NCBI RefSeq assembly: GCF_041956535.1
Contig: NW_027192205.1
Coordinates: 462,900 to 526,899 of the forward strand
DNA length: 64,000 nucleotides
Reading direction: 5' to 3'
Origin: Calcarisporiella thermophila CBS 279.70
Lineage: Eukaryota; Fungi; Calcarisporiellomycota
The position numbers and the translations under genes are program-made. Below the pieces are notes generated by a model that was given only the letters and a program-made list of their open reading frames with translations, did not search any database and had not been told where the DNA came from. The first letter of the stretch is position 1. Each line of letters starts with the position of its first letter. Below are positions 23,453-36,646 of the stretch, piece after piece.

Positions 23453-26400
23453 ATGTACTCTCCTCCCAATCGTGACAGGCGTCACCCCCTCAGCCCCCCC
23501 CATCCGGCGGGTGGTCGCGCTCCCATGCCCCTGAACCCGCCTGAAAACGAATACCCCACCATGACCGGCCCAGAATATCCCATGCAACATCCCCTACTTG
23601 CGCAATCGCCAGACTACTCACCCACAAACTACCAGCATCAAGACATGGCTCCTACTGGAGGATATCCCCCCACTGCGTATCCAAACTACGGCAATGGCCA
23701 CGGCAATGGTGCCGTAAATTATCCACAACAGTATAACAATGGAATGTCCGCGGATTATCCTCCCGGCTCCCCTCATGTGGCTGTAGATGTTCCAACTATG
23801 CACTACGGATCCGCCCCGAGACACCAGCCCCGTCGCCATAGAACTGTCAAGAAAATTAAACTTGTAAGTCTTGAATTAATTCAGAGAGAATTTTGCGTTG
23901 ATTTATTGGTTCATCATTGCACATCACTTAGGTTGATGGCAACCTTGTCCTTGATTGCCCCGTGCCTAGCCGTTATTTGCAAAATATCCCACTTAAAAAT
24001 GAAAAAGAATTTACACACATGCGCTATACTGCGGCCACCTGTGATCCAAATGACTTCAAGAAGGAGGGCTTTACTTTGCGACAGCCCCTAATGGGCCGAA
24101 GCACAGAGCTTTTCATTGTTATGACAATGTATAATGTATGTTTTTTTTTTTCTCTATTGGCTGTTGCTCTTTAGCTTGACCAGCATGATTGAGCACGCGA
24201 TTTTTTCTCTCAATTGTAGGAGGATGAGATCCTTTTTTGCCGCACAATGCACGGCGTTATGAAAAATGTGGCCCATCTCTGCACACGAGAGCGTTCTCGG
24301 ACCTGGGGTCGCGATGGCTGGAAAAAGGTAGTAGTGTGCATCGTTTCGGATGGAAGAACCAAAGTCCACCCACGTACCCTCCACGTCCTCTCAGCAATGG
24401 GGGTTTACCAGGAGGGTGTCGCGAAGAACGTTGTCAACGGCAAGCCTGTTTCGGCGCATATTTACGAAGTAAATATATTTCATTATTGCATCGTGGGTTC
24501 CCTGTATTGACCAGACTCGGTTTCTTTTCTTTCTCTTTTAGTTCACCACACAAATCTCGCTTGATCCGGATTTGAAGGTCAAGGGGTCCGAGAAGGGCAT
24601 TGTCCCCGTCCAGATTATATTTTGTCTGAAGGAAAAAAATCAGAAAAAGATCAATTCCCATCGCTGGTTCTTTAATGCTTTTGGCCCGGTGATTCAGCCT
24701 AATGTGTGTGTGCTCTTGGACGTTGGTACTCGGCCCGGCCCCACCTCTATTTATCACCTGTGGAAGGTAAGGCTTTATATTATTCGTGAGCAATTGCAGA
24801 AATATTCAAAGATTGTGCCATCTCCCGTAGGCTTTCGATGTGAATTCAAATGTTGCCGGAGCCTGTGGAGAGATCCGTGCGATGACGGGTACCGCAGGCG
24901 TCAACCTTCTGAACCCACTCGTCGCGGCTCAAAACTTTGAATACAAGATGTCCAATATTCTTGACAAGCCGCTCGAGTCGGTGTTTGGCTATATTTCCGT
25001 GCTGCCGGGTGCATTTTCTGCCTACCGCTATATTGCTCTGCAGAATGATCCGCACACTGGCAAAGGACCGCTGGACTCCTACTTCAAGGGAGAGCAGCTG
25101 CACGGTGGAGATGCCGATGTGTTTACGGCAAACATGTATCTCGCAGAGGATCGTATTTTGTGCTTCGAGCTTGTTGCGAAGAAAAATGATGCATGGGTAT
25201 TGCGGTATGTTTCCAATGCATATGGTGAGACGGACGTACCCGATGCCGTGCCCGAGTTTATATCGCAGCGTCGTCGTTGGTTGAACGGATCCTTCTTTGC
25301 GGCAGTGTATGCGCTTTTCCATTGCACTCAGATGAATCGCAGTGGCCACTCTGTATTCCGCAAGTTCATGCTTTACTTGGAGTTCATCTATCAAAGCTAC
25401 TCTCTTTTGTTCGCCTGGTTCGGCATGGTAGTGACATCTAAAACTTGTGTTCCAGGGAAGACTGAGACTAACTTTTCGCTACTACATAGGGCAATTTCTT
25501 CCTCACCTTTTATTCGCTTGCGGAGTCTCTGATCAATATTGAGCCGCATCCATTCGACTCGAATATTGCGTCCATTATCAAACTCGTTCTCACTTATGTT
25601 TATGTTACCCTATTGGTGGTGCAGTTCGTGATGGCCCTTGGCAACAGGCCTCAGGGGTATGTAGATTGAAGCCATTGCTCTGACCTCTTAGGCACCTAAT
25701 GATTTGATTGGATATTTACCTCACCTAGTTCCAAATGGTCATACCTCACCATCATGATCTTCTTCGCATTAATTATGGCCTACATGCTCTTTGCCTCTGC
25801 CTACATCACCTATGTGGGTGTTAAGAACGCGGTGGAAAGTGCGCAAGGCGCTGGCTTCTCCAAATTCTTGGTCTTATTGAAGAACAGCGCGTTCCGTGAT
25901 ATCGTGATATCGTTTGCTGCCACCTATCTCATGTACTTTGTGTCTTCGCTGCTCTACCTCGATGCCTGGCACATGTTTACTTCGTTCGCGCAGTATATGT
26001 TCATGATGCCATCCTATATCAACGTGTTAAACATTTACGCATTCTGCAACACCCATGATATCTCCTGGGGCACCAAGGGAGACAACACAGTGGCAACTGA
26101 CCTGGGTGTAGTGAAATCGACTAAAGAAAATGGCGTGCACACTGCTGAAGTCGCCATCCCGACGGAAGAGAAGGATATGAACGCAGACTACGATTTGGCC
26201 ATGGCCGAATTACAAAGGAAAGTGGAGGCTCCACCTCAGAAGCGGGATGCAAAGACCAAGCAAGAAGATTACTACCGTGGGTTCCGAACACGCCTTGTTG
26301 TCGCATGGATTCTTAGCAACGCTCTCTTGGTGGTGATCATTACGTCTGCTCAATTGACCAGTTTTGGAAATCAAGCCGGTAAGGATTAGCGCGCATGGTT

Positions 26401-26568
26401 ATTTGTCGTAATGTTCAGGTTTCTGACGTATTTTTCTTTTTTTTCCTTTGATGCTTATTAGAACGCTCTGCTGCCTACTTTGCTTTCGTTCTGTGGAGTG
26501 TAGTCGGTCTTGCAGCCATTCGCTTTGCTGGAAGCACTTTCTACCTTGTCACGAGAATAGTCCAGTAA
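23453..26568 (+). CDS. CHS: Chitin synthase, division 1 (class I/II-like), copy A
   Basis: [28 protein letters not shown]|[68 protein letters not shown]; eight exons. Confidence 0.97.
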
Positions 26569-27152
26569 ACTGGGAAACTGTTTTTGTACTAGTAAAAAGA
26601 AAAAATTTATCCATCATTATAGGTCAGGCAAAAGTTAGTTTAGATTTTGATTTCTTTTTTTTTTATTTCCCTCTTTCTTCCATATATTTCTATTAACACC
26701 GGCGGCGGGAACGCTATCATAATAATCGTGTATTTCATGCTATTTTTCACCACTTTCCTTCATCTTGAAGTGTGCGTTCTATTCTACTAGAATTTTATTC
26801 CCATTCTCCAATTTGAAATTATGCCTCGAATCCCCCGATATGGTTAAATCTGTGATCTTCCTAATTTTGCGGCCAATCGACCACCCCTTAATTTCCGCAG
26901 TCTTGAAAATTGGCCCAAAAGTTGGTGGTACAGCGTTTGATTCAAAGGAATTTACTAGCCGGCTGGCCGGTTGAGATAGAGCAATCGAGCCATTTCAATA
27001 AAACTGCTTCCCGCGGCCATCCCTTTCCTCCCTCATCTTTACCCCACGGTCGACTGTAGACTATAGGTTTGTTTCTCTGAGAGAGGAAACGTGGAAGAGC
27101 AGAATAATAAAAGAAGCAAAGGATAATTACACTGTCGACGGAGAGGGACTCG

Positions 27153-30100
27153 ATGGATAGACGCCTCCTTTCGCGCCCGTTTGATATCGCAAGATTCCTT
27201 AGGACTCCTCCACCGAACCCCACCTCCTCCCCGTCCCAGACCTCGATCGCGCAAACTGGCCACACGTCCCCGGTCTCCGAGATGCCTGCGTCAGAAACAA
27301 TGCGCCCAGCCCAGAACAACTACATGGTCCACTTTGAGGATGTGGTGGAGCCGATCGATCAAGTGTTGAGAGAATTAAGAGACGCGGCAAACGACGACAC
27401 AAATTACCTGTCCTCATCATATTCGGGCGATACGCAGGTACCGGTGCCTCCGCCCCACGCATCCGGCACTAGTCGAGACAGCGTGACATCTCTCAACTCA
27501 TCCTTTGTCCCCACTCCCCCTCTGCACACCTCGCTTCCCTCTTACTCCACTTCGAGCCTGGCGAGTCCCCCTCCCATTGACCAACTGAGCTCCCCTCCCC
27601 CTCCGCTTCATCACCACTACCATCACTTGCCAAAGGGGATGAACGATTGGGGCGAAAACCATCACACCACCCTCGACATGAACGATGGACACTATGGACC
27701 CTTTGGCGATGACCATAACTCACTCCTCTCCGAGAGCATTGATTCTCATCTACGCGAGCGGCTTGAAGCTGGTCCGATGCCTAGTAGATATGTACCCCCT
27801 CCACCCCACGCGCATACGCTCTTCCCTGCACCGCCTCCGCCTCACGCCATCATTCCTCGAGAGCTTTCCACTCCACCCATCAACTATGCCGGCGGTCTCC
27901 ATCGTAGGCCGTGCAGGAGAAAAACAAGAAGGGTTCAGCTTGTCAGAGGGAATTTGGTACTCGACTGCCCCGTGCCCACAAAATTATTACAGGCGGTGGG
28001 AAAGAGGGACCACGACGAATTCACGCATATGCGCTACACGGCGGCTACATGTGACCCCAATGATTTTTGCAGGAGCAACTACACACTTAGGCAAAGGCTC
28101 TATGAGCGGGAAACTGAGCTATTTATTGTGATTACGATGTACAATGTAAACATCACGCTTATTCTATCGTGTTCTCAGTCGACCATTTTTCATGCTAACT
28201 CTTTTTTTATTATGGTTGTTTAGGAGGATGAGGTGCTCTTTTGTCGGACAATGCACGGGGTGATGAAGAACATTGCGCACTTGTGCACTCGTAAGAGGTC
28301 TCGCACTTGGGGCCCTGAAGGGTGGAAGAAGGTAGTAGTATGTATTGTAGCCGATGGACGCAAAAAATGTCATCCGCGGGTGTTGTCCGTCTTGGCCGCT
28401 ATGGGAGTCTATCAGGATGGGATTGCGAAAAACATTGTGAATGGCAAGGAGGTGACCGCCCATATCTACGAGGTAAAATGCTGAAATGAAAAGTTGAAGT
28501 GGAAATGAAATTTATTTACTTATTTATGTTTCTCTTCCAAACGTGCAATATATAGTACACGTCCCAAATCGCCGTGGATCCTTCGCTCAGGTTCAAGGGT
28601 TCGGACAAGGGCATTGTTCCGGTGCAGATGATTTTCTGCTTGAAGGAGAAGAATCAGAAGAAAATCAATTCCCACCGGTGGTTTTTCAATGCATTCGGCC
28701 CTATCATCCAGCCAAACGTGTGCGTCCTACTTGATGTCGGCACACGTCCCGGTAACACGTCCATTTATCATCTCTGGAAGGCCTTCGATATCAGCCCTAA
28801 TGTTGGAGGAGCATGTGGCGAAGTGTGCACGATGACCGGCCCCGGCTCGATCAACCTGTTAAACCCGCTGGTAGCAGCGCAGAATTTCGAGTATAAAATG
28901 TCTAATATCCTTGACAAGCCCTTGGAATCGATTTTCGGCTACATCTGCGTTCTTCCGGGGGCGTTCTCTGCCTACCGCTACACCGCCTTGCAGAACGACT
29001 CCAAGACTGGAAAGGGCCCATTGGACTCCTATTTCAAGGGCGAGTATCAGCATGGATGTGATGCAGATATATTTACCGCCAATATGTATCTGGCGGAGGA
29101 TCGGATTCTCTGCTACGAGCTAGTGGCGAAGCCAAACTCCTCCTGGCTGCTGCGGTATGTCAAGACCGCATTCGGCGAGACCGACGTGCCCGATGCCGTG
29201 CCCGAGTTCATCTCTCAGCGCCGAAGATGGCTGAATGGATCGTTCTTCGTGGCAGTATATGCCATCACCCATTTGACCAATATCTGGCGCACCAACCACA
29301 ACATTGGAAGGCAGCTACTTTTGCATCTAGAATTCATCTATAATCTTGTTAGCCTAATATTTAGCTGGTTCGCTGTGGTAAGACGCCCTATTCTATCCAA
29401 GATCTTATTTTTTTTTTCTCTCTTAACGTTAACGGGTTGATATCTTGTCGTAGGCCAATTTCTATTTAACCTTCTACTATGTCGGCATTTCCCTTTCCGA
29501 CCCCTTGACAGACCCCATTGGGAACAACTGGGGACAACGTATTTTTGAAACGCTGCGGTATCTCTATATTTTCCTTATCATAGTACAATTTGTAGCTGCT
29601 ATGGGCAACAGGCCACAAGGGTTAGCCATCTTATAAACAGTGCCGCATTTTCGTGCAACTCACGATTCTCTATTTTCTCCAAATATATAGGTCGAAATGG
29701 CTATTCACCCTTTCGATGCTCTTCTTTGCTATTATTATGGTGTACATGATGTTTGCCGCATGCTATCTCACGATTATGACCACCAAGCGCTCCATTGAAG
29801 ATGGCATCTTCAGTTCGTTACAGGAAGCTTTCAAGCATCGTGATTTCCGTGACGTGGTCATCTCAATGTCTTCCACCTATGGGCTCTATTTTGCAAGCGG
29901 CCTACTCTATTTTGATCCGTGGCATATGCTCACATCGTTCCTACAGTATATGCTATTATTGCCCAGCTACATCAATATTTTGAACATATATGCCTTCTGT
30001 AACACGCATGACGTGAGGTAGGTGTTGGCTTAATTTTAGTCTAATTTTTCATTAGCGATGGCTAACAAGTCGTGAATATAGTTGGGGGACCAAAGGTGAT

Positions 30101-30615
30101 AATCAGGTGAGTATGGATCTCGGAGTTGCTGCTCCCGCAAGCGAGGCAAAAACGGATGAGGTAGAAGTGGAACTGCCAACAGAGCAGAAAGACATCAACG
30201 CTATGTATGAAGACGCATTGTCTGATCTTAAGCGGAAGCATACTGATGCTCACCAGGTAATTGCACAAGATTGTCCCATACTTTCTGTTCTCTCAATGCT
30301 CCATCGTCAAACATTTGACTTAACGCTTATATACCTTCAATTCAGGGTCGGGATGCGCGTACAAAACGCGAAGATTATTACCGCTCGTTCCGCACACACC
30401 TGGTTTTGACTTGGATTGCATGTAATGCCATCCTTATCGCGGTCATAACCAGCCACCAGTTTGATCCTCTCTTTGGTAAAGAGAGTACTTTACGCGGGGG
30501 CGCTCTTGGCAATTACTATATGACGGGACTTTTATGGGGGATTGCCGGGATGACGGCTTTCAGATTCTTGGGGAGTTGTGTGTACTTGATCGCATGGAAC
30601 CTCTTTTGGAGATAG
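27153..30615 (+). CDS. CHS: Chitin synthase, division 1 (class I/II-like), copy B
   Basis: Same catalytic motifs (LDVGT, EDR, QRRRW, SWGTKG) with a longer Pro/Ser/His-rich N-terminus; seven exons; ends ...[10 protein letters not shown]. Confidence 0.97.
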
Positions 30616-31050
30616 GCCTATTTCATCTCGTTGCGTCTTGTTTTTGCTTTTCGAAGTGATTTATTTTCAAAAGGCCATCCCAAGCTCCAAAAAAAAAGAA
30701 CTCTTTTTTATTCGTATGTTTGGACCATCTCCTATCCCATTATTCCTTGTTCTATTTTATTTGCCGGTGCCATTTTATTATCACTATTTGATTTATAAAT
30801 ATCTAGCCTTCCCAATTTGTAAAATAGGAGCATCTGCCCGAAGAGTTGTAGCCATGTGTGCCTCAACAACGGCTTTTTTTGTTTAAAACTAAAGCCCTCC
30901 AAAACGATCCATTATACATGATTGTTATTCATTCCTAAGCATCGTTTCCTCTTTGTTCTCTTCGTTTAATCTTTTCCGCTTTATATTTAATCAATTTTAA
31001 TCCCTACCCACTATCTATTGCTTATACGCGCTTGACATGGGATCGGCGTA

Positions 31051-31608
31051 ATGAGTGACGATAATCCAACGAAAGAAGAGAAGAAAGAGGAAAAAGAAGA
31101 AAAAAAAGAAGAAAAAAAAGAAGAGAAAAAGGACGACAAGAAGGACAACAAAGACGAGAAAAAGTCCATTGCACCCTCCCTCAATCTTGGCACCGGCCCC
31201 ATTGTTTCCATTAGTTGGCAGTCACCGTACTCTTATTATTATGGCCAAAACTGGCCCTATTATTCAATGTATTCTCCCTATTATTATCCCGGGTATTTCG
31301 GATATTATCCAGGCTGGCGTATGCCTATGGTGAATCCCTGGTTTGGAGGCATGTATCCAGGATATGGAATGTACAATCCTTACGCGATGGGAATGGGAAT
31401 GGGTATGGGCCTAGGACTAGGAATGGGCGGGTACGGATACCCATATGCATATAATCCATACAATTTGCCGTGGCCACATTACAGTTACTATGATAGTATT
31501 ATGGGCCACCACCCTCTTGGCGGTCTCTTTGGCCACCATCATCATAATCCTTTCCATCATCACCACGGTTATCCCCACTTTGGTTTGGGAGGGATGGGAT
31601 TGTTTTAG
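31051..31608 (+). CDS. Orphan low-complexity protein (Lys/Glu block, Tyr/Gly/Pro/Met block, His-rich end)
   Basis: Uninterrupted 185-aa ORF with sharply blocked amino-acid composition and synonymous variation across the repeats, flanked by AT-rich UTR-like DNA. Confidence 0.7.
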   Translation: MSDDNPTKEEKKEEKEEKKEEKKEEKKDDKKDNKDEKKSIAPSLNLGTGPIVSISWQSPYSYYYGQNWPYYSMYSPYYYPGYFGYYPGWRMPMVNPWFGGMYPGYGMYNPYAMGMGMGMGLGLGMGGYGYPYAYNPYNLPWPHYSYYDSIMGHHPLGGLFGHHHHNPFHHHHGYPHFGLGGMGLF

Positions 31609-32098
31609 TGGGCTCTCTTCGTTGCCTATATCTATTTGATTCTCACTAATCGCTATTCCATATATATATCCCCATGATATCTCTTCATACCATGGATCTA
31701 TTATTATACTTGTTCTTTTTTTTACAAATAATTTAATCCAATTCTTCTGGTTCTTCTTTATATTCCTGACAATAAAATAAAGCAGCGGACCTTCTTTCCT
31801 TGCTTTTTGCGTGGGTTTAATTGCTGTGTCTACTATACAAAAAAGAGCCCTTGTAGGGCCATGGGAGAATATCTAAAAAAATTGGCCAGCATAGAGTACA
31901 AGATCCCCAAAAGTGGTCGTCATCGCGAGCATATCCTTGGAGAAGGTGCGTATGCTCGTCACAGGGGCGCTTGGGAGGAGGTTAACGCGCACTTTGCATT
32001 CTACAGGCTCATTTGATCCCGTTAGGAATACAGTTGGAGATTCGGGCGTCCCTAGAATAATCCGAACGAAAGTGTGTCAACGGATGTAGAAAAATGAT

Positions 32099-33790
32099 TT
32101 AGAGTTTCCAAAGAAACCTACCCAAAAGCGCGCTCAATTTGTTAGATAAAGGCTCCACCTCCAATGATCTCTCTAGCCCCTCAACCGCATATTGCATATC
32201 AGCTATGTAGGCACCCACATCCTCTGAGCTTTTTGAGTGCCATAACACCAAGTAAGCATCTCTGCGATTCTCAGTCTGTGCGCCAAATATTGAACAGAGG
32301 CTTTCTAGTGAGGTATAGCTCGGTATTGTAGGATCAATAACGATGGGACACCATGCAATCAGAGAATAGGGTATATCCGCATCACTCAGGGAACGGCGCC
32401 TGCGCTGCAGAGAGTGGATTTTTTTGGAAATGGCGAATAAGAATCGACAGGAACGATTGTATGTCGCGGTGATTATATTGGTGGTGACCAGGGCGAGATG
32501 ATTCGCGGCAAGTTGGATCTCAATCTGGGTTTTTCGTTTACTCTCCTCCTCCTTCTCCTCTTCCTCTGCCTCCTCCACCACCATCTCCCCCTTACGTTCA
32601 ATTTTCTCATCTTCTACCACGTCAGCGGGCGAAATATCTATTAAACCCAAATAGTTTGAACAATCTCCGATACAGTTAAGACGATGGGGAGAATCCTTCC
32701 ACTCTCTCACAGCAGCATGCCCCTCGGACGACTGATGTTCGTTCTCACTTTGTTCATTAAAATGGCGAATGGTTATCTTCTTTGGATGAGTTCTTGAATA
32801 GCAGGTGCATATGCGGCCACTAGGAAAATGCTGTACCATGCCAACCATCACACTAAATAAACTTGCTCGGTGGTGATCTTTTTCAGCATGCTCCATGGTT
32901 TTCTCAGCCGGTCTTGTGCCTCCAATAAGGAGAGATTGAGGAGCTACAGCCAGCGAGTGAGGTGTGAAGAAAGTCGGAAGGCTAAAGGTAGTCACCCATT
33001 CAAAACGTAGAGATCCATCCCAGTGCTATTGATTAAACATGCGCACACAAGGGATGATAGAGAAATAAGTTAGCGGCTCTAGGATTTAATTTTGAAGTAT
33101 TGAACTAAGGCTTTGTACTTACATTTTTGAGGCCCCATACGATAACCTCTCCCGAGGCACAAATAACGGCTGCCCGATTTCCGGATCCACTCGCGAACCG
33201 AAGGGAAGATGGAAAAGTGACATTCAATCTAGAAGCTCGCATATATAACCAGACTATTTACATTTAAAGTTTTCTCTCATTGAGTACCTGTTTTTTGAGC
33301 TGCTTTTAAACTCACGTATTTGCCTCCCATCCCCTAACTGTATTACAACAGGCACAGATCGAAAATTGCTCTTGTTGTCGCTCATGAAGCCCATTTTGTT
33401 GTCTCCCTCATTCATGTACGCATATCCCCTAATTTCGAAATTGCCCTGGTGTGAAGGCATCAAGGTAACGGCGACGGCTTCATTTGCTTGGAGATCTTGC
33501 AGAATGAGGAATCCTTCCGAGTGTATGAATGTCTCATGATCTAGGTGAAGCGACGATAAATCCTCCTATTTATTAACTTATTTAAGAGGGGCATTACAAT
33601 AATAATGGGGGTTTGGGTTGATACTCTACTTGAATTGGAAGAATATCGACCGTTCCATTTGGGTAGGCAAGGGCCGCTAAAATGCGCGAATTCGATGGCA
33701 AAAAACGAGGCGCATGACGATTCGCAGGAGAAGACACAGAATATTGCTTGGAAGAGAGCGGGAAGCGGTACTCCCGCAATGTCATCATGC
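32099..33790 (-). CDS. Hypothetical protein (spliced; acidic patch)
   Basis: A 298-aa terminal ORF joins upstream exons through phase-consistent GT-AG introns (QI|LWLYMRASR...GEVIVWGLKN|HWDGSLRFEWVTT). The 5' end is unresolved and I recognise no family. Confidence 0.55.
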
Positions 33791-34155
33791 AATCCTGGTT
33801 GTGCGGATTGTGAAGCAAGATCTTTAATATACTATCAATACTCTGTTCGTTAATTGAGTGACTGCATTGTGGCTTTGTTAGCCCTATAGAAAATTTATCT
33901 ATGCTGCTGTAAATCCATGATTGGCGTGAGCGCGTTTTCCCTGTTCCCTTTGCTCTGAGAAAAAAAAACGCCAGGAAGCCACTCAATTTTACCTCGCACT
34001 CGGATTTTTTATACTAAATAGTAAAGACGCGTTTATTTTTTTTTGTTCCTTTGAATTTACTTTAGCAAATAATTTATGTCTTTAGTTCTTAATTGCATTA
34101 TAGAGATCTCCCTTTTCTTTTAGTTAATATTTAACATAGGATTAATTTGCGGTAA

Positions 34156-36207
34156 ATGACTCAGCACGTTCTTTCAGACGTGATAGACTGCTTCATCTTG
34201 CTGGATATCAAGATGGCAGGATCGTTTGAGAACGCGTCGAAAGCACAGAGCAAGGTAGGCCCAACTACGTCTCTTTTGCAATATAACATGGCTTGCTAGC
34301 TCCCTTTGTACTCGTTGCTTTGCCACTCCCCCCAATTTTTGAGACCATTTCAGTATTCTTTTTCATATGATAACATTCTTAATACATTTTTGAAAACTCC
34401 CAGCGGATAGTGTTTCATAATGAATGAGCTAATTCATTCTGCCATTGACAGGTGCTTTCAATAGCCGAGATAGCGTGGATAACTGTGAAGAGCTCGACTC
34501 TCGAGATTCTCCACCAGGAATCGAGCCGCATCTCTACATGTTCACGAAATGGTCCAGCGAACCAGTCCGGGGCAGATATTTCTCCTCCTATTCATGACGA
34601 TTTAGATGCATCCTCTCAGTTGAGGCATGTCCTTTCGCGGCTTGACTGTCACCTCGATGATCTCATACAGAAGGGCCACTCTACCTGTTTTGTCTCCTTC
34701 GGAGGCTCGATGTTGCGAACAATTCTCCCTGCAGAGGCACGCCTACATTCACTAGATCTCCCAACCCATCTCACTTCGCCTCGATTGGTTGATGTTCGTC
34801 TAGCGGCTGCAGAGCAGCTAGCGAATCAACCCGAAATACCGTGGGGTCAGGCCGCAACGCTTGAAGAGCTGGCACTTCAACTGGGCCTTGAGCCGGAGCC
34901 ACAGAATGCGTGCGAAATGCTACTCCGTATTTTGCGGCGGCTGGGAGGCGAGGACAGTGGGAAAGTAACCCCCGTGGATTTAGCGGCAGAATGGGACAAA
35001 TTCACGTCCGATTCGAGCATGGTTGTGCGAATGACTGGATTACCGCAAGACCTCTCCCACACTGAGCTGGAGGCGTGGTTCAAAAGCGGTGCGGGGGTTA
35101 AGCCGGCCGCGTTTTGGATGGTGCGCACTCAAGATAATCAACGGCCTAGCGGTAGTGGCTTCGTTGTTTTCGCAACCCATGCTGACGCATTATTAGGTTT
35201 GGCCATGGATGGAAGAACCCTTAATGATCGACTGGTAGAGTTAGCTCCGAGTGGCCAGTTTGCACTGGATGCTGCGGGATCTACGCTGGCCCCCTTTCCG
35301 GTATGTATTGGTGTATCTTCTCCTCTTCATCTTGTTCAAGTGATACCAAAAAAACCGGATTCCGTTTAATTAGATGGGTCAAAAAAACAAGTATCGCCCG
35401 GGTGACTGGGTATGCGGTGGCTGCCAGTTTCATAACTTTGCTGCACGACGTACCTGTCTACGCTGCAACTCTCCAGCGCACGGGGGGCCTGCCACCTCCA
35501 ACTTCGCCCCGGGTGACTGGGTATGCCCAAACCCCGCCTGCTACTTTCACAACTATGCCTCTCGGCCCCAGTGTTTGCGGTGCAATACGGTACGCCCCAA
35601 TGGCGGAATCTATCCCCTGGGCTACCGACCCGGCGACTGGCGGTGTCCTAACCACATGTGCCAGTTCCAGAACTTTGCCTCTCGAACAGCGTGCCTGAGA
35701 TGTGGAACGGTGGGCGGACAGCACATGCAGCATGCGAGCGTGACGGCCGACGTGTTTGTGCCGATGAACGGCACCGTGTGTGGGTGGCTGTGTCGTGGGT
35801 GTGGAACGCACAACTTCTCGCATCAATGTGTGCGGTGCTCTTCCTTCCCGTTCTCCCAGGCGCCCTCTTCGCCCCCCTCCTTCAACTTCCACGCGCCGCC
35901 GCCGTCGGCTGGGGTGGCGTCGCCTCCACCCCCTCCGCCGCCCCAGCTTCACCACCCGCATCCCCACGCACCTCATCCGCCCGTCTTTGGCTATGCAGTG
36001 CACCCCGGGAATTCCGGCAGCGAGATCGGAGTGAATGGAGTGATGGAGGCCCACCCCTATCCTCTTATCTTTACGCATCCCGCCCCAGTCGCGATCGCCT
36101 CGCCTCCTCCCGTCTCTCCTCCCGCAAGTGTGACGAAAGGCGAATGGAATGGACCTGCAGTTCCCGAGCAAACCACTGTCAATGGTAGTGTAGCTGTTCA
36201 TTATTGA
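34156..36207 (+). CDS. NRP1: Nrp1-like RNA-binding protein: degenerate exonuclease-like N-terminal domain, RRM, RanBP2-type zinc fingers
   Basis: RRM: VVRMTGLPQDLSHTELEAWF...PSGSGFVVFATHADAL...DGRTLNDR. Three clear RanBP2 fingers (PGDW-x-C...C..HNFA.R..CLRC) and a fourth degenerate one; three exons. Confidence 0.85.
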
Positions 36208-36646
36208 TCGTAATTTAACCAGGAGGACCTAAATTATTTTATGGAATGACTTTTTTTAAGTTTTTTTTTTCCTATCTATTTTTTTTCTATAAAAAAGAAT
36301 TTACTTTATTCTTTTTTACTTCTTCTTTTCTTCATCTTCTTCTTCTCCTTCTTTTATTTCTTCTACCTTTTCTTTCTCTTCCTCTTCCCCATGTTTTCCT
36401 TTTCTCTGCTTTCATTTAAGCGAAATACGCCTATGATTGTTCTTTTCTTTATGAATTTTATTTTTTTCAAGAATCTATTTTTTTTCTTTTTCGTTTACTA
36501 GAAACTTTCTATATTTCCCAGTAACTGTAGTAAAGAAAACCTCGCTGTTTTACTTTTTTATTTTAGAAGAAAACACGTAGTTGAACAAGTCATTATTGTA
36601 CAGACAAAGTATAGAAAAATGCTGAAATATCGGGAATGAACTACTT

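Noticed and set aside
31072-31165. GAA/AAA repeat as a non-coding microsatellite or array
   Set aside because: It encodes the KE block of the 185-aa ORF in frame, with no spacer structure.
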